From positions 1 to 36,643 of the IMG/VR virus record IMGVR_UViG_3300040801_001486: a stretch of DNA of 36,643 nt. One strand, written 5' to 3'. A program made the translations under genes and the position numbers. Source of the DNA: a virus. The first letter of the stretch is position 1. Each line of letters starts with the position of its first letter. The notes beneath the pieces are model-generated. The model had not been told where the DNA came from, did not search any database, and saw only the letters and a program-made list of their open reading frames with translations. Below, one piece after another: positions 16,177 through 23,652 of this stretch.

Positions 16177-16450
16177 CCCGAAGCAGATGCCGGAACGGAT
16201 CTGGGCCGAGACGGAGATTCCTGAGTACACGACGCAGCCGTGGACAGCCGACCAGGTCGAGTACATCCGCGCCGATCTCGTGCCGAAGGCGCTCGACGTG
16301 GAGGCGGCGGAGATCGAAATCGCCCGCATGGCACATCCAATCATCGACTTACTGGACCTGCCAGAAGAGCGGCGGTCTGCGCTTGCCCTTGCGTTGGCAA
16401 TAGACGTGCGCCGCGTCCTCACCAGAGCGATTGGGGGTAACGATGACTGA
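16169..16450 (+). CDS. Hypothetical small protein, tandem-array member (MTDP…; ends GGNDD)
   Basis: 93 aa from ATG 16169, in frame with track ORF 15983..16450. 8-nt overlap ATGACTGA. Confidence 0.7.
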   Translation: MTDPKQMPERIWAETEIPEYTTQPWTADQVEYIRADLVPKALDVEAAEIEIARMAHPIIDLLDLPEERRSALALALAIDVRRVLTRAIGGNDD

Positions 16451-16919
16451 TCTGCGCAAGCTGGCCGAACGGCTGGGGCGAGCCCACACCATCGACGACT
16501 ACGAGCGCATCCTCCGCGAAGACCGCGAGGCGCTACGGGAGGAGCTGTTGGGCCTCACAGTCTTCCGCAGCAGCGACGTGGACGAAACGTGTGTGCCGTG
16601 GCTCGACATCGCGCGCGTGCTGGAATGGGGTGGGCAGGCCGGTGAAACAGGCACCGAAAGACGTGTCGCTGAAAACTCCTTACGTCGCACGTCTGCGCCT
16701 GCCGCCCCCGACCCGCACGAGTACGAAGGTACGCACCTTCTCGACTTCCACTGCGGCAAGTGCGGCAGACGCATCGACGACCCGATCCACAACACACGGC
16801 CACGATGCAAACATGGGGGGCATTATTGCTCCATGTGCGGCGACCCGATCCACGACGTCCCGCAAGTCACGAACTACGAGGGCGACGGGAAGGGCTCACG
16901 AATGAACACGGAGGAATAG
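16443..16919 (+). CDS. Array paralog N-terminus fused to a double CxxCG…DPIH Cys/His domain
   Basis: 158 aa from ATG 16443. It begins MTDLRKLAERLG…YERILRED. The C-terminus reads CGKCGRRIDDPIHNTRPRCKHGGHYCSMCGDPIHD. Confidence 0.7.
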   Translation: MTDLRKLAERLGRAHTIDDYERILREDREALREELLGLTVFRSSDVDETCVPWLDIARVLEWGGQAGETGTERRVAENSLRRTSAPAAPDPHEYEGTHLLDFHCGKCGRRIDDPIHNTRPRCKHGGHYCSMCGDPIHDVPQVTNYEGDGKGSRMNTEE

Positions 16920-16921
16920 AC

Positions 16922-17332
16922 GTGAGCATCGAGTTCAACAACTCCCGCAAGAGCCGCGAGATCGGGATGCTGAAGTCCACGATCCAGAAGAAGGACGCGA
17001 AGATCGAGCGGCTCGAAGCGAAGGCCGCCGCGCTGACGAAGCGAATCAAGGAACTGGAGCGTGAACGCGACGAGGCGCGGGCGGAGCGGGACGAGCAGAA
17101 GCGCCGTGCAGTGGCCCTTGCGCTACAGAAGCTCGCCAGTGCGGTCGGTGCTCCTTTCGCCGACAACCCGAACGAAATGCGCGAAGTGCTCTGGGAGTTC
17201 ATGCAGCAATCCGGCTGGGTCCGCCTTGACGACGAGACGATCGAGCGGGTGGTCGAAGAGTTCTACGCACCGGACCAAGGCAGCCTTGCCGGAGTGCTCC
17301 GCGACCTGCGCGACGGCAAGCTGGAAGAGTAA
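16922..17332 (+). CDS. Hypothetical coiled-coil protein
   Basis: 136 aa from GTG 16922 with GGAGG 9 nt upstream. In frame with track ORF 16760..17332. Confidence 0.7.
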   Translation: MSIEFNNSRKSREIGMLKSTIQKKDAKIERLEAKAAALTKRIKELERERDEARAERDEQKRRAVALALQKLASAVGAPFADNPNEMREVLWEFMQQSGWVRLDDETIERVVEEFYAPDQGSLAGVLRDLRDGKLEE

Positions 17333-17379
17333 CGCAGTGACGGCGGGCGGGACCTGTAAATCCGAAAGCTGTTGGGGCC

Positions 17380-17613
17380 ATGTGGCAGCTAGCTCCGATG
17401 CTGAACGAGGAACGGGGCGAGAGCCCGCCCGCCGTCCATCACCTTAACCAACGACGTACCATGCAACACCTGCTCGACGCCATCGCCGACGCCTACAAGT
17501 ACACGCACGCCGCCCGCGTGTCCGATGGCGTCCGGTACTGGCCCAAGGTGTTCACCGATCATCAAGCGGCCATCCGGGCCATTCACGAAGAAAGCAATAA
17601 ACGCCCGAGATAG
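17380..17613 (+). CDS. Hypothetical protein (weak call)
   Basis: 77-aa ORF filling the gap. It has no clear SD, and ATG 17461 is an alternative start. Confidence 0.4.
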   Translation: MWQLAPMLNEERGESPPAVHHLNQRRTMQHLLDAIADAYKYTHAARVSDGVRYWPKVFTDHQAAIRAIHEESNKRPR

Positions 17614-17639
17614 ATCATCCGGGCAATAGGGGGCGGACG

Positions 17640-18707
17640 ATGACGAAGCGGGCAGGGAGCCGACGCGATCCAGTACCAGCGAAGGCGCTGGAGATGTTCA
17701 AGAACATGAAGCAGCTAGGCATGAACGACTTTAAGACAGGCAAGACGATCCAAGACGAGTTCCCCGAACGATTCGCGGACATGCTGCCGCGTAGCGTCGC
17801 GATCGCCTGCCGTCGCGAAGTCCTGAACGCTGCCACCGAGGGGGCCGTGTTCGATGCCATCGTGAACGTACCGAAGGCCGTCGATCTACCAGCGATCCTC
17901 GAGGACATGACGCTCCCGTATCGGGACTGCCTGCTCTTCAGTGACGTCCACCTGCCGTACCACGATCCAGACATCATCGCCGAAGGGATGGCCTTCGCGA
18001 AGGCATCGAAGATGAAGCGCGTGGTGCTCAACGGTGACACGTTGGATATGCACTGGGCTTCGTCCTACGTGAACCTGTCCGAAGAGGACGCCGATAGCTC
18101 GTTCAAGGCGCTCGGCGAGTTCTTTCTTGGGCTCATCGAGAACGGCATGAGCGACATCCTGCTGAACTTCGGCAATCACGAGGACCGAATCAGCAGGATG
18201 ACGAAAGGCAAGCTCCACCTGTTCTCGGTGATTGCCCTGGCGATCGACACGCTCGAATCCCGCGATCGGCTGCGCGTACGCAAGGCCGTCCGGGCAACGA
18301 ATCGTCCGTACATTCGGTTCACCGACACTCCCGACGGCATCGACTGGGTGATCGGGCACCCGCGGCGTTATCGCGGCAAGCGGCTTTCGCTCGCGTCGGA
18401 CATCGCGTTGAAATGGGCCAAGTGCCACGTTGCAACGGGGCATGAACACCACATCGGGTGGACTGTCACAGATGACGGCGCGTACTTCGCTGTGAACCTG
18501 CCCTGCACGCAAGATCCAGAGCGCACGGAGTATCTCCAGATGGACATGAGCCCCACGGCGCGGCCCGTGCGCGGATTCGGATGGCTTTGGGACGGCGCGC
18601 CAGGTGTGTGGTGGCAAGGCGCGCCGAACGAATGGAAGTCGTGGATGTATCACAGCGCGCGGGCTCGAGGACGAGCGGCAAGCAAGCGAGCGAAGGGGGC
18701 GGCGTGA
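17640..18707 (+). CDS. Calcineurin-like metallophosphoesterase
   Basis: 355 aa with ordered motifs SDVHLPYHD, LNGDTLD, FGNHED and ATGHEHH. A GGGGG-type SD lies upstream. Confidence 0.8.
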   Translation: MTKRAGSRRDPVPAKALEMFKNMKQLGMNDFKTGKTIQDEFPERFADMLPRSVAIACRREVLNAATEGAVFDAIVNVPKAVDLPAILEDMTLPYRDCLLFSDVHLPYHDPDIIAEGMAFAKASKMKRVVLNGDTLDMHWASSYVNLSEEDADSSFKALGEFFLGLIENGMSDILLNFGNHEDRISRMTKGKLHLFSVIALAIDTLESRDRLRVRKAVRATNRPYIRFTDTPDGIDWVIGHPRRYRGKRLSLASDIALKWAKCHVATGHEHHIGWTVTDDGAYFAVNLPCTQDPERTEYLQMDMSPTARPVRGFGWLWDGAPGVWWQGAPNEWKSWMYHSARARGRAASKRAKGAA

Positions 18708-18940
18708 GTCGAGGACTGGGCGCATACGGCACGCAGGCTGAAGAGTGCCCGAAGTGCGGCGGGTTGCCGCCCGGTGAAGTCACCACGAACCGTGGCAGCG
18801 GCGCGGCCGTGTACGAGAACGGCACGACGCGCGCCGATGACGTGCTGATCTGCTTGGACTGCGGGCACCGCTTCCTGCGGGACGGATCGGCGCTGCACCC
18901 GCACGGCGTGGCGGACGGCGATTGGGAGGCGCTGCTGTGA
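18704..18940 (+). CDS. Small zinc-ribbon protein
   Basis: 78 aa from GTG 18704 (GTGA overlap). It contains CPKCGG … CLDCGH. Confidence 0.65.
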   Translation: MSRGLGAYGTQAEECPKCGGLPPGEVTTNRGSGAAVYENGTTRADDVLICLDCGHRFLRDGSALHPHGVADGDWEALL

Positions 18941-19224
18941 GACACCTACGCAAGCACACACCCGTGCGCGTCGAGTGGGAGGACATCCAGGACTTCTCGA
19001 ACGACGACTGGAACGACGACAGCCTCGAGGCGGACACGGCGTCCATCGTTTCGATCGGTTGGGTGGCGAAGGAATACCGGGGTGGGCGCGTGCTCACCAA
19101 CGCGAAGGATTTCAGCCCCGATGACGGGCAGTACCGCAGCGTCGTTGCCATTCCTGCGGGATGCGTGACAGCGGTGCAGGTGTTGGAAGTCGCGGGCGAG
19201 GTTTGGGATGTGGGGGAGGAGTAG
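18937..19224 (+). CDS. Hypothetical protein
   Basis: 95 aa from GTG 18937 (GTGA overlap). In frame with track ORF 18922..19224. Confidence 0.6.
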   Translation: MRHLRKHTPVRVEWEDIQDFSNDDWNDDSLEADTASIVSIGWVAKEYRGGRVLTNAKDFSPDDGQYRSVVAIPAGCVTAVQVLEVAGEVWDVGEE

Positions 19225-19242
19225 CTGAATTCGGCGCGCCGT

Positions 19243-19259
19243 TCGTTGTGGAAGGCTAG
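19243..19259 (+). promoter_or_regulatory. Conserved intergenic 17-mer TCGTTGTGGAAGGCTAG, copy 2
   Basis: Identical to 8293..8309. It ends 42 nt upstream of ATG 19302. A related AAGGCTA lies at 19287..19293. Confidence 0.5.
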
Positions 19260-19301
19260 CGGCGCTACAGTTAGAACCCTTGGCACAAGGCTATAGAAAC
19301 C

Positions 19302-20615
19302 ATGACAACGAATCAGACGATGAAGGTTGGCGACGTTGTGTGGCGCGAGGACTTGTACCCGCGCATCACTGCGGACAATGAGACGATCGAGCGGTATATG
19401 CAATCGCTCGATGTGCTGCCGCCTATCATCGTGAACCAGCACGGCGAATTGATCGACGGCTACCACCGATGGACGGCACACCGCCGCATGAAGGCTGAGA
19501 CGATCGCCGCAACGGTGGAAACGACGGCCAGCGACGCGCAACTACTTCGGCGCGCCATCGAGACGAACGCCACGCACGGCTTGCAGCTCAGTCAGGCCGA
19601 TAAGCGCAGCATGGCAACGAAGCTGTACACCGAGATGATCGCCAGCGGCACCAAGGAGGCCGACGCCAAGAAGGACGTCCAGGCGCTACTTTCGGTGAGC
19701 AAGAGCGCCGTCACGAACTGGGTGCAGGACATCGACAAAAGGAACCGTGAAAAACGGAACCGCACCATTGCTGATCTCTGGCTCAAGAACTACACCGCAT
19801 CCGAGATCGGCGAGGCGGTTGGGTTGTCGAAGAATGCTGTGAACGAGAACCGACCGGAAAATCCAGAGCTGGAAAAACTGGTCGCTTCCACCGCCGCGCG
19901 GTTCGAGGATGAGGCGTGGACCGATTCGGAGGGCAAGCGGCGGCAGCTCTACAACGTCTGGACGTTCGGCAAGCGCGACGACCAGACCACGCACTTCGGC
20001 AACAGTGACGCGCGAATCGTTGAGAACCTGGTCTATGCCTACACCGAGCCGGGCGGCGTCGTTGTCGATCCGTTTGCAGGCGGCGCATCCACTCTCGACG
20101 TCTGCCGCAAGCGTGGCCGCCGATGCCATATTTCCGACCGCGCCGTCAAGGCCGGACTGGAGAACGACGTCCGCGAGCACGACCTGACGGACGGTTTGCC
20201 GAGTGTCCACAACTGGAAGGACGTACAGCTCGTTTACCTTGACCCGCCGTATTGGCGGCAGGCGGCGGGCGAATACAGCGACGACCCGACCGACCTGGCC
20301 AATATGCCGCTTGATGAGTTCAACAACGTCCTCGCCGGCCTCATCCAAGGCTTCGCCAAGAAGCTCAAGGCGTCAGCCAGTGATCGACCGGCGCACATCG
20401 CGCTGATTATCCAGCCGACGCAGTGGCGTGCCGACGATCGCAAGTTCGTCGATCACACGGCCGAGATGATTCGGCGCGTTAAGCTGCCGATCGTTCAGCG
20501 AATCCAAGCACCGTATTCGTCTCAGCAGTACAACGCGCAGATGGTCGATTGGGCGAAGGAGCACCGTGAGTTTCTGGTCCTCTCGCGTGAGGTGACCGTC
20601 TGGAGGTGTGACTGA
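19302..20615 (+). CDS. ParB-like N-terminal domain fused to a DNA methyltransferase (DPPY type)
   Basis: 437 aa. The N-terminus PPIIVNQHGELIDGYHRW is ParB/Srx-like. AdoMet motif I VVDPFAGGAST is at aa 255-263 and motif IV DPPYW at aa 314-318. Confidence 0.85.
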   Translation: MTTNQTMKVGDVVWREDLYPRITADNETIERYMQSLDVLPPIIVNQHGELIDGYHRWTAHRRMKAETIAATVETTASDAQLLRRAIETNATHGLQLSQADKRSMATKLYTEMIASGTKEADAKKDVQALLSVSKSAVTNWVQDIDKRNREKRNRTIADLWLKNYTASEIGEAVGLSKNAVNENRPENPELEKLVASTAARFEDEAWTDSEGKRRQLYNVWTFGKRDDQTTHFGNSDARIVENLVYAYTEPGGVVVDPFAGGASTLDVCRKRGRRCHISDRAVKAGLENDVREHDLTDGLPSVHNWKDVQLVYLDPPYWRQAAGEYSDDPTDLANMPLDEFNNVLAGLIQGFAKKLKASASDRPAHIALIIQPTQWRADDRKFVDHTAEMIRRVKLPIVQRIQAPYSSQQYNAQMVDWAKEHREFLVLSREVTVWRCD

Positions 20616-21184
20616 TGGCCGACAAGCGCCTATTCACGCCCGACATCCGCCGCGAGTACGCCTACTCGGAGTGGCACAGGACCCAGAGCCTTGGTCGGTT
20701 CATCGGCCAAGGCGCCGCTAGGAAGTGCTGGCAGGAGGATTTAGACGCCATCTCAATAGGCGCGACTTTGTATGACTCGTCTCGCCAGGGCTGGATTGAG
20801 TGGGCCGCCGGATGTAAACCAATCATCATCACCGAAACCAAGGAGGCGAGAGGCCCGGCCGATCGTTTCGTTGGCGGCACGGACGTCCTCAAGGCACTGG
20901 TCTGTGACCACCCATTCGCGCAACTCGTCGGTGTTCGATATGTCCTGGCTGAAGACATCAACCCGTGTTCGCCGATGAGGTGTCTCGACATTGCCGAGTT
21001 CCGCGTGCAGCGGCTTCACCCGTTTGATGCGACTGTCACGGAGTACGGGCCGCAACAAATGGCGGAGTTGATCCTGTCTTGGCATACGGCCGGAACCGAG
21101 GCCGTAAAGAAGGGCCGCCGCGCCTTTATCAGCGTAGACGCGGCGGCACGACCAACGGGCACATACGGCGATTTGCCGTTCTAG
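20615..21184 (+). CDS. Hypothetical protein (possible PD-(D/E)xK nuclease; speculative)
   Basis: 189-aa ORF. The pattern EDLDAIS … IIITETK is compatible with a D…ExK nuclease core, but this is weak. Confidence 0.6.
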   Translation: MADKRLFTPDIRREYAYSEWHRTQSLGRFIGQGAARKCWQEDLDAISIGATLYDSSRQGWIEWAAGCKPIIITETKEARGPADRFVGGTDVLKALVCDHPFAQLVGVRYVLAEDINPCSPMRCLDIAEFRVQRLHPFDATVTEYGPQQMAELILSWHTAGTEAVKKGRRAFISVDAAARPTGTYGDLPF

Positions 21185-21200
21185 GGCCCGCGAGGCACGG

Positions 21201-21899
21201 ATGCCGAAGCAATACGTCAAATTCAGGGTCGGCTTCCTCGATCATCTCCCGATGTTCGCCGCGTTCCCCGACGCGCTCGTTGTATACAACTGGTGCCTGC
21301 TTCAAGCCCCGATCAGCGGGCCGGAGGCGGGCTGTGTGCGCGTCAATCAGCACCATCTTGCCGAGGTCTGGGGCTGGTCCCGCCCGCGCGTCACGCGGGC
21401 TCTGAAGTGGCTGCAGGAAAAGCCCGAGCGATCCCACCCGCTCCTGGTCCGCGTCGAAAAAGGCGCGCGCAATCGTCCCGGCAAATACGTTATCCCGCGC
21501 TTTGAAACCACCGAAAACAAGCGCCGATTCGGTAACGGAGCCGTACCGAATCCGCCGGGATTCAGTTCAGACTACGTAACGCAGAGGAACCGAATCGCCC
21601 GATTCAGTTCAGACTACGTAACGGAGAGGAACCGAAACATTAATAAGGAACGCGCGCGTCAGAAAGAACGAGAAGAAGAAGAACAAGAGGGGGTCGCAAG
21701 CGACGTGTATGAGAAAGCCGAGTGGATCACTGTCCACACCGACGACGAGGCTCGCCAGGCGCTGCTCAGATTCAGAGGGTACGCCCAACTCCCCGAGTCC
21801 ATGCGGGAGCAGGCCGTCGAGACGGCGATGAAAAACCTGGAGTTCTACAAGATCCGATACGCACCCGACGACGACGACGCGAAGGCGGTGGGCGATTGA
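21201..21899 (+). CDS. Replication-initiator/organiser-like protein (N-terminal wHTH) containing internal iterons
   Basis: 232 aa. The N-terminus HHLAEVWGWSRPRVTRALKWLQE is wHTH-like. The central region is encoded by a 42-bp tandem DNA repeat followed by AT-rich and purine-rich tracts. Confidence 0.55.
   Translation: MPKQYVKFRVGFLDHLPMFAAFPDALVVYNWCLLQAPISGPEAGCVRVNQHHLAEVWGWSRPRVTRALKWLQEKPERSHPLLVRVEKGARNRPGKYVIPRFETTENKRRFGNGAVPNPPGFSSDYVTQRNRIARFSSDYVTERNRNINKERARQKEREEEEQEGVASDVYEKAEWITVHTDDEARQALLRFRGYAQLPESMREQAVETAMKNLEFYKIRYAPDDDDAKAVGD
21559..21636 (+). repeat. Two 36-bp direct repeats with a 42-bp period (iteron-like), candidate origin
   Basis: GATTCAGTTCAGACTACGTAACG[C/G]AGAGGAACCGAA occurs at 21559..21594 and 21601..21636, with one mismatch. 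A partial ACCGAATC copy lies upstream and AACATTAATAAGGAA downstream. Confidence 0.85.
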
Positions 21900-22390
21900 A
21901 CATCCTCGGCGTCGATCCCAGTCTCGAATGCGGGATGGCCTTCGTGCGGACGGACGGGCCAGAGCTGATCGCGTCCACCTGCATACACCCAGGCAGCGCC
22001 ATCACCGGAGACGATCGGCTGGCATGGATCACGTCCACAGCCCAGAACTGGGTGCATCGCCTGCGGCGGGACAACTGGCTGGCCCTCGACGCCATCGCCA
22101 TCGAAGTCCCCAGCGTCGGCCGTCAGCGCGTCAGCCCGCTGCAATGGCGTCTCGTGGGCCGCCTCGAAGAGATGTGGCGCGACTGGCCCGTCCTGTTCGT
22201 GAGCCCGTCGCAAGCGAAGCTCGCCGTCGGCCTGAAGGCACGCGAGGCTCGCAAGCCCGTGGCCGAAGTCGAAGCCCTCGTGAACCTCTCACCGCTCTCA
22301 CCCACGAAGTACGTGCGTGAAGCCGTCGCCGATGCCATCGCCGTGGCCATCGCAGCGCACGGCATCCTCGAGGCCAAGGAGTCCGCATGA
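21896..22390 (+). CDS. ruvC: RuvC-like Holliday junction resolvase
   Basis: About 164 aa from TTG 21896 (TTGA overlap). The N-terminus ILGVDPSLECGMA matches the RuvC ILGIDPG-type motif, and the C-terminus VADAIAVAIAAH matches DAADALAIA. Confidence 0.75.
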   Translation: MNILGVDPSLECGMAFVRTDGPELIASTCIHPGSAITGDDRLAWITSTAQNWVHRLRRDNWLALDAIAIEVPSVGRQRVSPLQWRLVGRLEEMWRDWPVLFVSPSQAKLAVGLKAREARKPVAEVEALVNLSPLSPTKYVREAVADAIAVAIAAHGILEAKESA

Positions 22391-22566
22391 ATCCACGCCA
22401 CCTACTCGTGTCACTCGTGCGCCTTCAAGTCGCCATCCACGAAGTCCAGACGGAGCTGGACAAGGCCGTGCTCGAACTCCAGAAACAGACGATGCCGCCA
22501 GGCGGCCATAACGGCGGCAAAGAGAGCGCGAACACCTCGCCGGTACGATCGGACCTAGAAGGCTAG
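22387..22566 (+). CDS. Hypothetical 59-aa protein (below the ORF-track cutoff)
   Basis: Hand-translated: MNPRHLLVSLVRLQVAIHEVQTELDKAVLELQKQTMPPGGHNGGKESANTSPVRSDLEG. ATG 22387 overlaps the RuvC stop (ATGA), and the ORF fills the gap. Confidence 0.45.
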   Translation: MNPRHLLVSLVRLQVAIHEVQTELDKAVLELQKQTMPPGGHNGGKESANTSPVRSDLEG

Positions 22567-22591
22567 AAAATCCAAGGAGTGATTTCAAAAC

Positions 22592-22786
22592 ATGCCTAAG
22601 GCACATTCTGACGACACTCGCGGGATGGCATCGAGACGGGAGCGCGTGACGCGATCACGCAAGGCAGCCATCGAGCTGTTCTGCCTTGAGTGCATGGGGG
22701 GGCAGATCCAGGAAGTGAAGCGATGCACGGCGACGAACTGCCCGCTGTATACATGGCGGCCGTGCGCGAAGTCGGCGGATCGCTAG
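22592..22786 (+). CDS. Small zinc-finger protein (CxxC … CxxxxCPLY)
   Basis: 64 aa with AAGGAG 8 nt upstream. CLECMGGQIQEVKRCTATNCPLYTWRP is a pattern I recognise from small prophage proteins of unknown function. Confidence 0.7.
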   Translation: MPKAHSDDTRGMASRRERVTRSRKAAIELFCLECMGGQIQEVKRCTATNCPLYTWRPCAKSADR

Positions 22787-22787
22787 C

Positions 22788-23084
22788 GTGGCGAAGCGCA
22801 AGGAGGACGCCGGGGGGGACGTCCCCGAAATGCTGCCGCTGGATCAAGTGTATTTCGACGTCAATGCGTTGTTCGATGACTTGAAAGTATACCTGGGCGT
22901 TCAGCACCTCACGCTCTTGGGGACGGCGCGGGCGCTTGGTGTCGAACGTCAGGCCATACGGCGGTTGATCCAGAACGAATCCGCGAGCATCTCCGTCGAA
23001 ACATACATGCGTTGGCTGGCCTTGCTTGGCCGCCCCGTAGGCTCGTGGCTTCGTGTATGTCAGCAAGGTGACAGCGACGGTTAG
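22788..23084 (+). CDS. HTH DNA-binding protein
   Basis: 98 aa with a GTG start. LTLLGTARALGVERQAIRRLIQNE is HTH-like. Confidence 0.6.
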   Translation: MAKRKEDAGGDVPEMLPLDQVYFDVNALFDDLKVYLGVQHLTLLGTARALGVERQAIRRLIQNESASISVETYMRWLALLGRPVGSWLRVCQQGDSDG

Positions 23085-23104
23085 CGTACGGGCGTGTATC
23101 TGTT

Positions 23105-23125
23105 CGCGTGAGTTCAACTCACGCG
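23105..23125 (+). other. Perfect hairpin upstream of the small terminase gene
   Basis: CGCGTGAGT (23105..23113), loop TCA, then ACTCACGCG (23117..23125). It ends 9 nt before ATG 23134. Confidence 0.5.
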
Positions 23126-23133
23126 GGCGGTTG

Positions 23134-23652
23134 ATGAGTGTGCCACGGCGGCCAGTCCGAAAACTCAGCGAACTCGAGCGAGCAGACGCAGAATGGATGC
23201 TCGCCGACGGCATGCAGCCTGCAGCCGTCGCCCGACGTCTGGGCGTGGACGTTCGTAGCCTCAACGGACTGCTGGACTCCCCACTGGTGGCCGATCTTTC
23301 ACAGCGAGAGCACCTGGACTTGGTGCGCCGAGGTGCTTGGGTTCAGTACCAGCGCATGCGAACCCTTGCTGAACGACACCAGCGAGCGGTTCCAGACGAC
23401 CTCAACGGATCCGCTCGAAGCAACATCGGACTTCCAGCCAGCAGTTTCGGAGACAGCGCCCGACATTTCCAGCTTGCCGCCGACCGACACCTACGAACGT
23501 ACCTCGATGCCGTCCGAGCGATCGCAGAACTCGGCGGCGGCGACGGTGCCGAAGTCCGCAACCTCCATCTTTCCGTTGACGCGAACGAGCGCGGCGACCT
23601 CCCGAGCACGGCGGGGGAGGTGCTAGACGATGACGACGGCGACGACGACTGA
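23134..23652 (+). CDS. terS: Terminase small subunit (HTH-containing), by position
   Basis: 172 aa from ATG 23134. The N-terminus LSELERADAEWMLADGMQPAAVARRLGVDVRSL is HTH-like. It lies immediately upstream of TerL and overlaps it. Acidic C-terminal tail. Confidence 0.55.
   Translation: MSVPRRPVRKLSELERADAEWMLADGMQPAAVARRLGVDVRSLNGLLDSPLVADLSQREHLDLVRRGAWVQYQRMRTLAERHQRAVPDDLNGSARSNIGLPASSFGDSARHFQLAADRHLRTYLDAVRAIAELGGGDGAEVRNLHLSVDANERGDLPSTAGEVLDDDDGDDD

Noticed and set aside
19281-19296. Sigma54-like TGGCAC-N5 element upstream of the ParB-methylase gene
   Set aside because: The -12 element (TTGC) is absent and TATAG is in its place. No enhancer-binding protein gene was seen, so this is probably a chance match.
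20615-21184. Assigning the 189-aa protein as a PD-(D/E)xK nuclease
   Set aside because: The assignment rests only on a loose D…ExK spacing (DLDAIS … ETK), which is too weak. It is kept as hypothetical.
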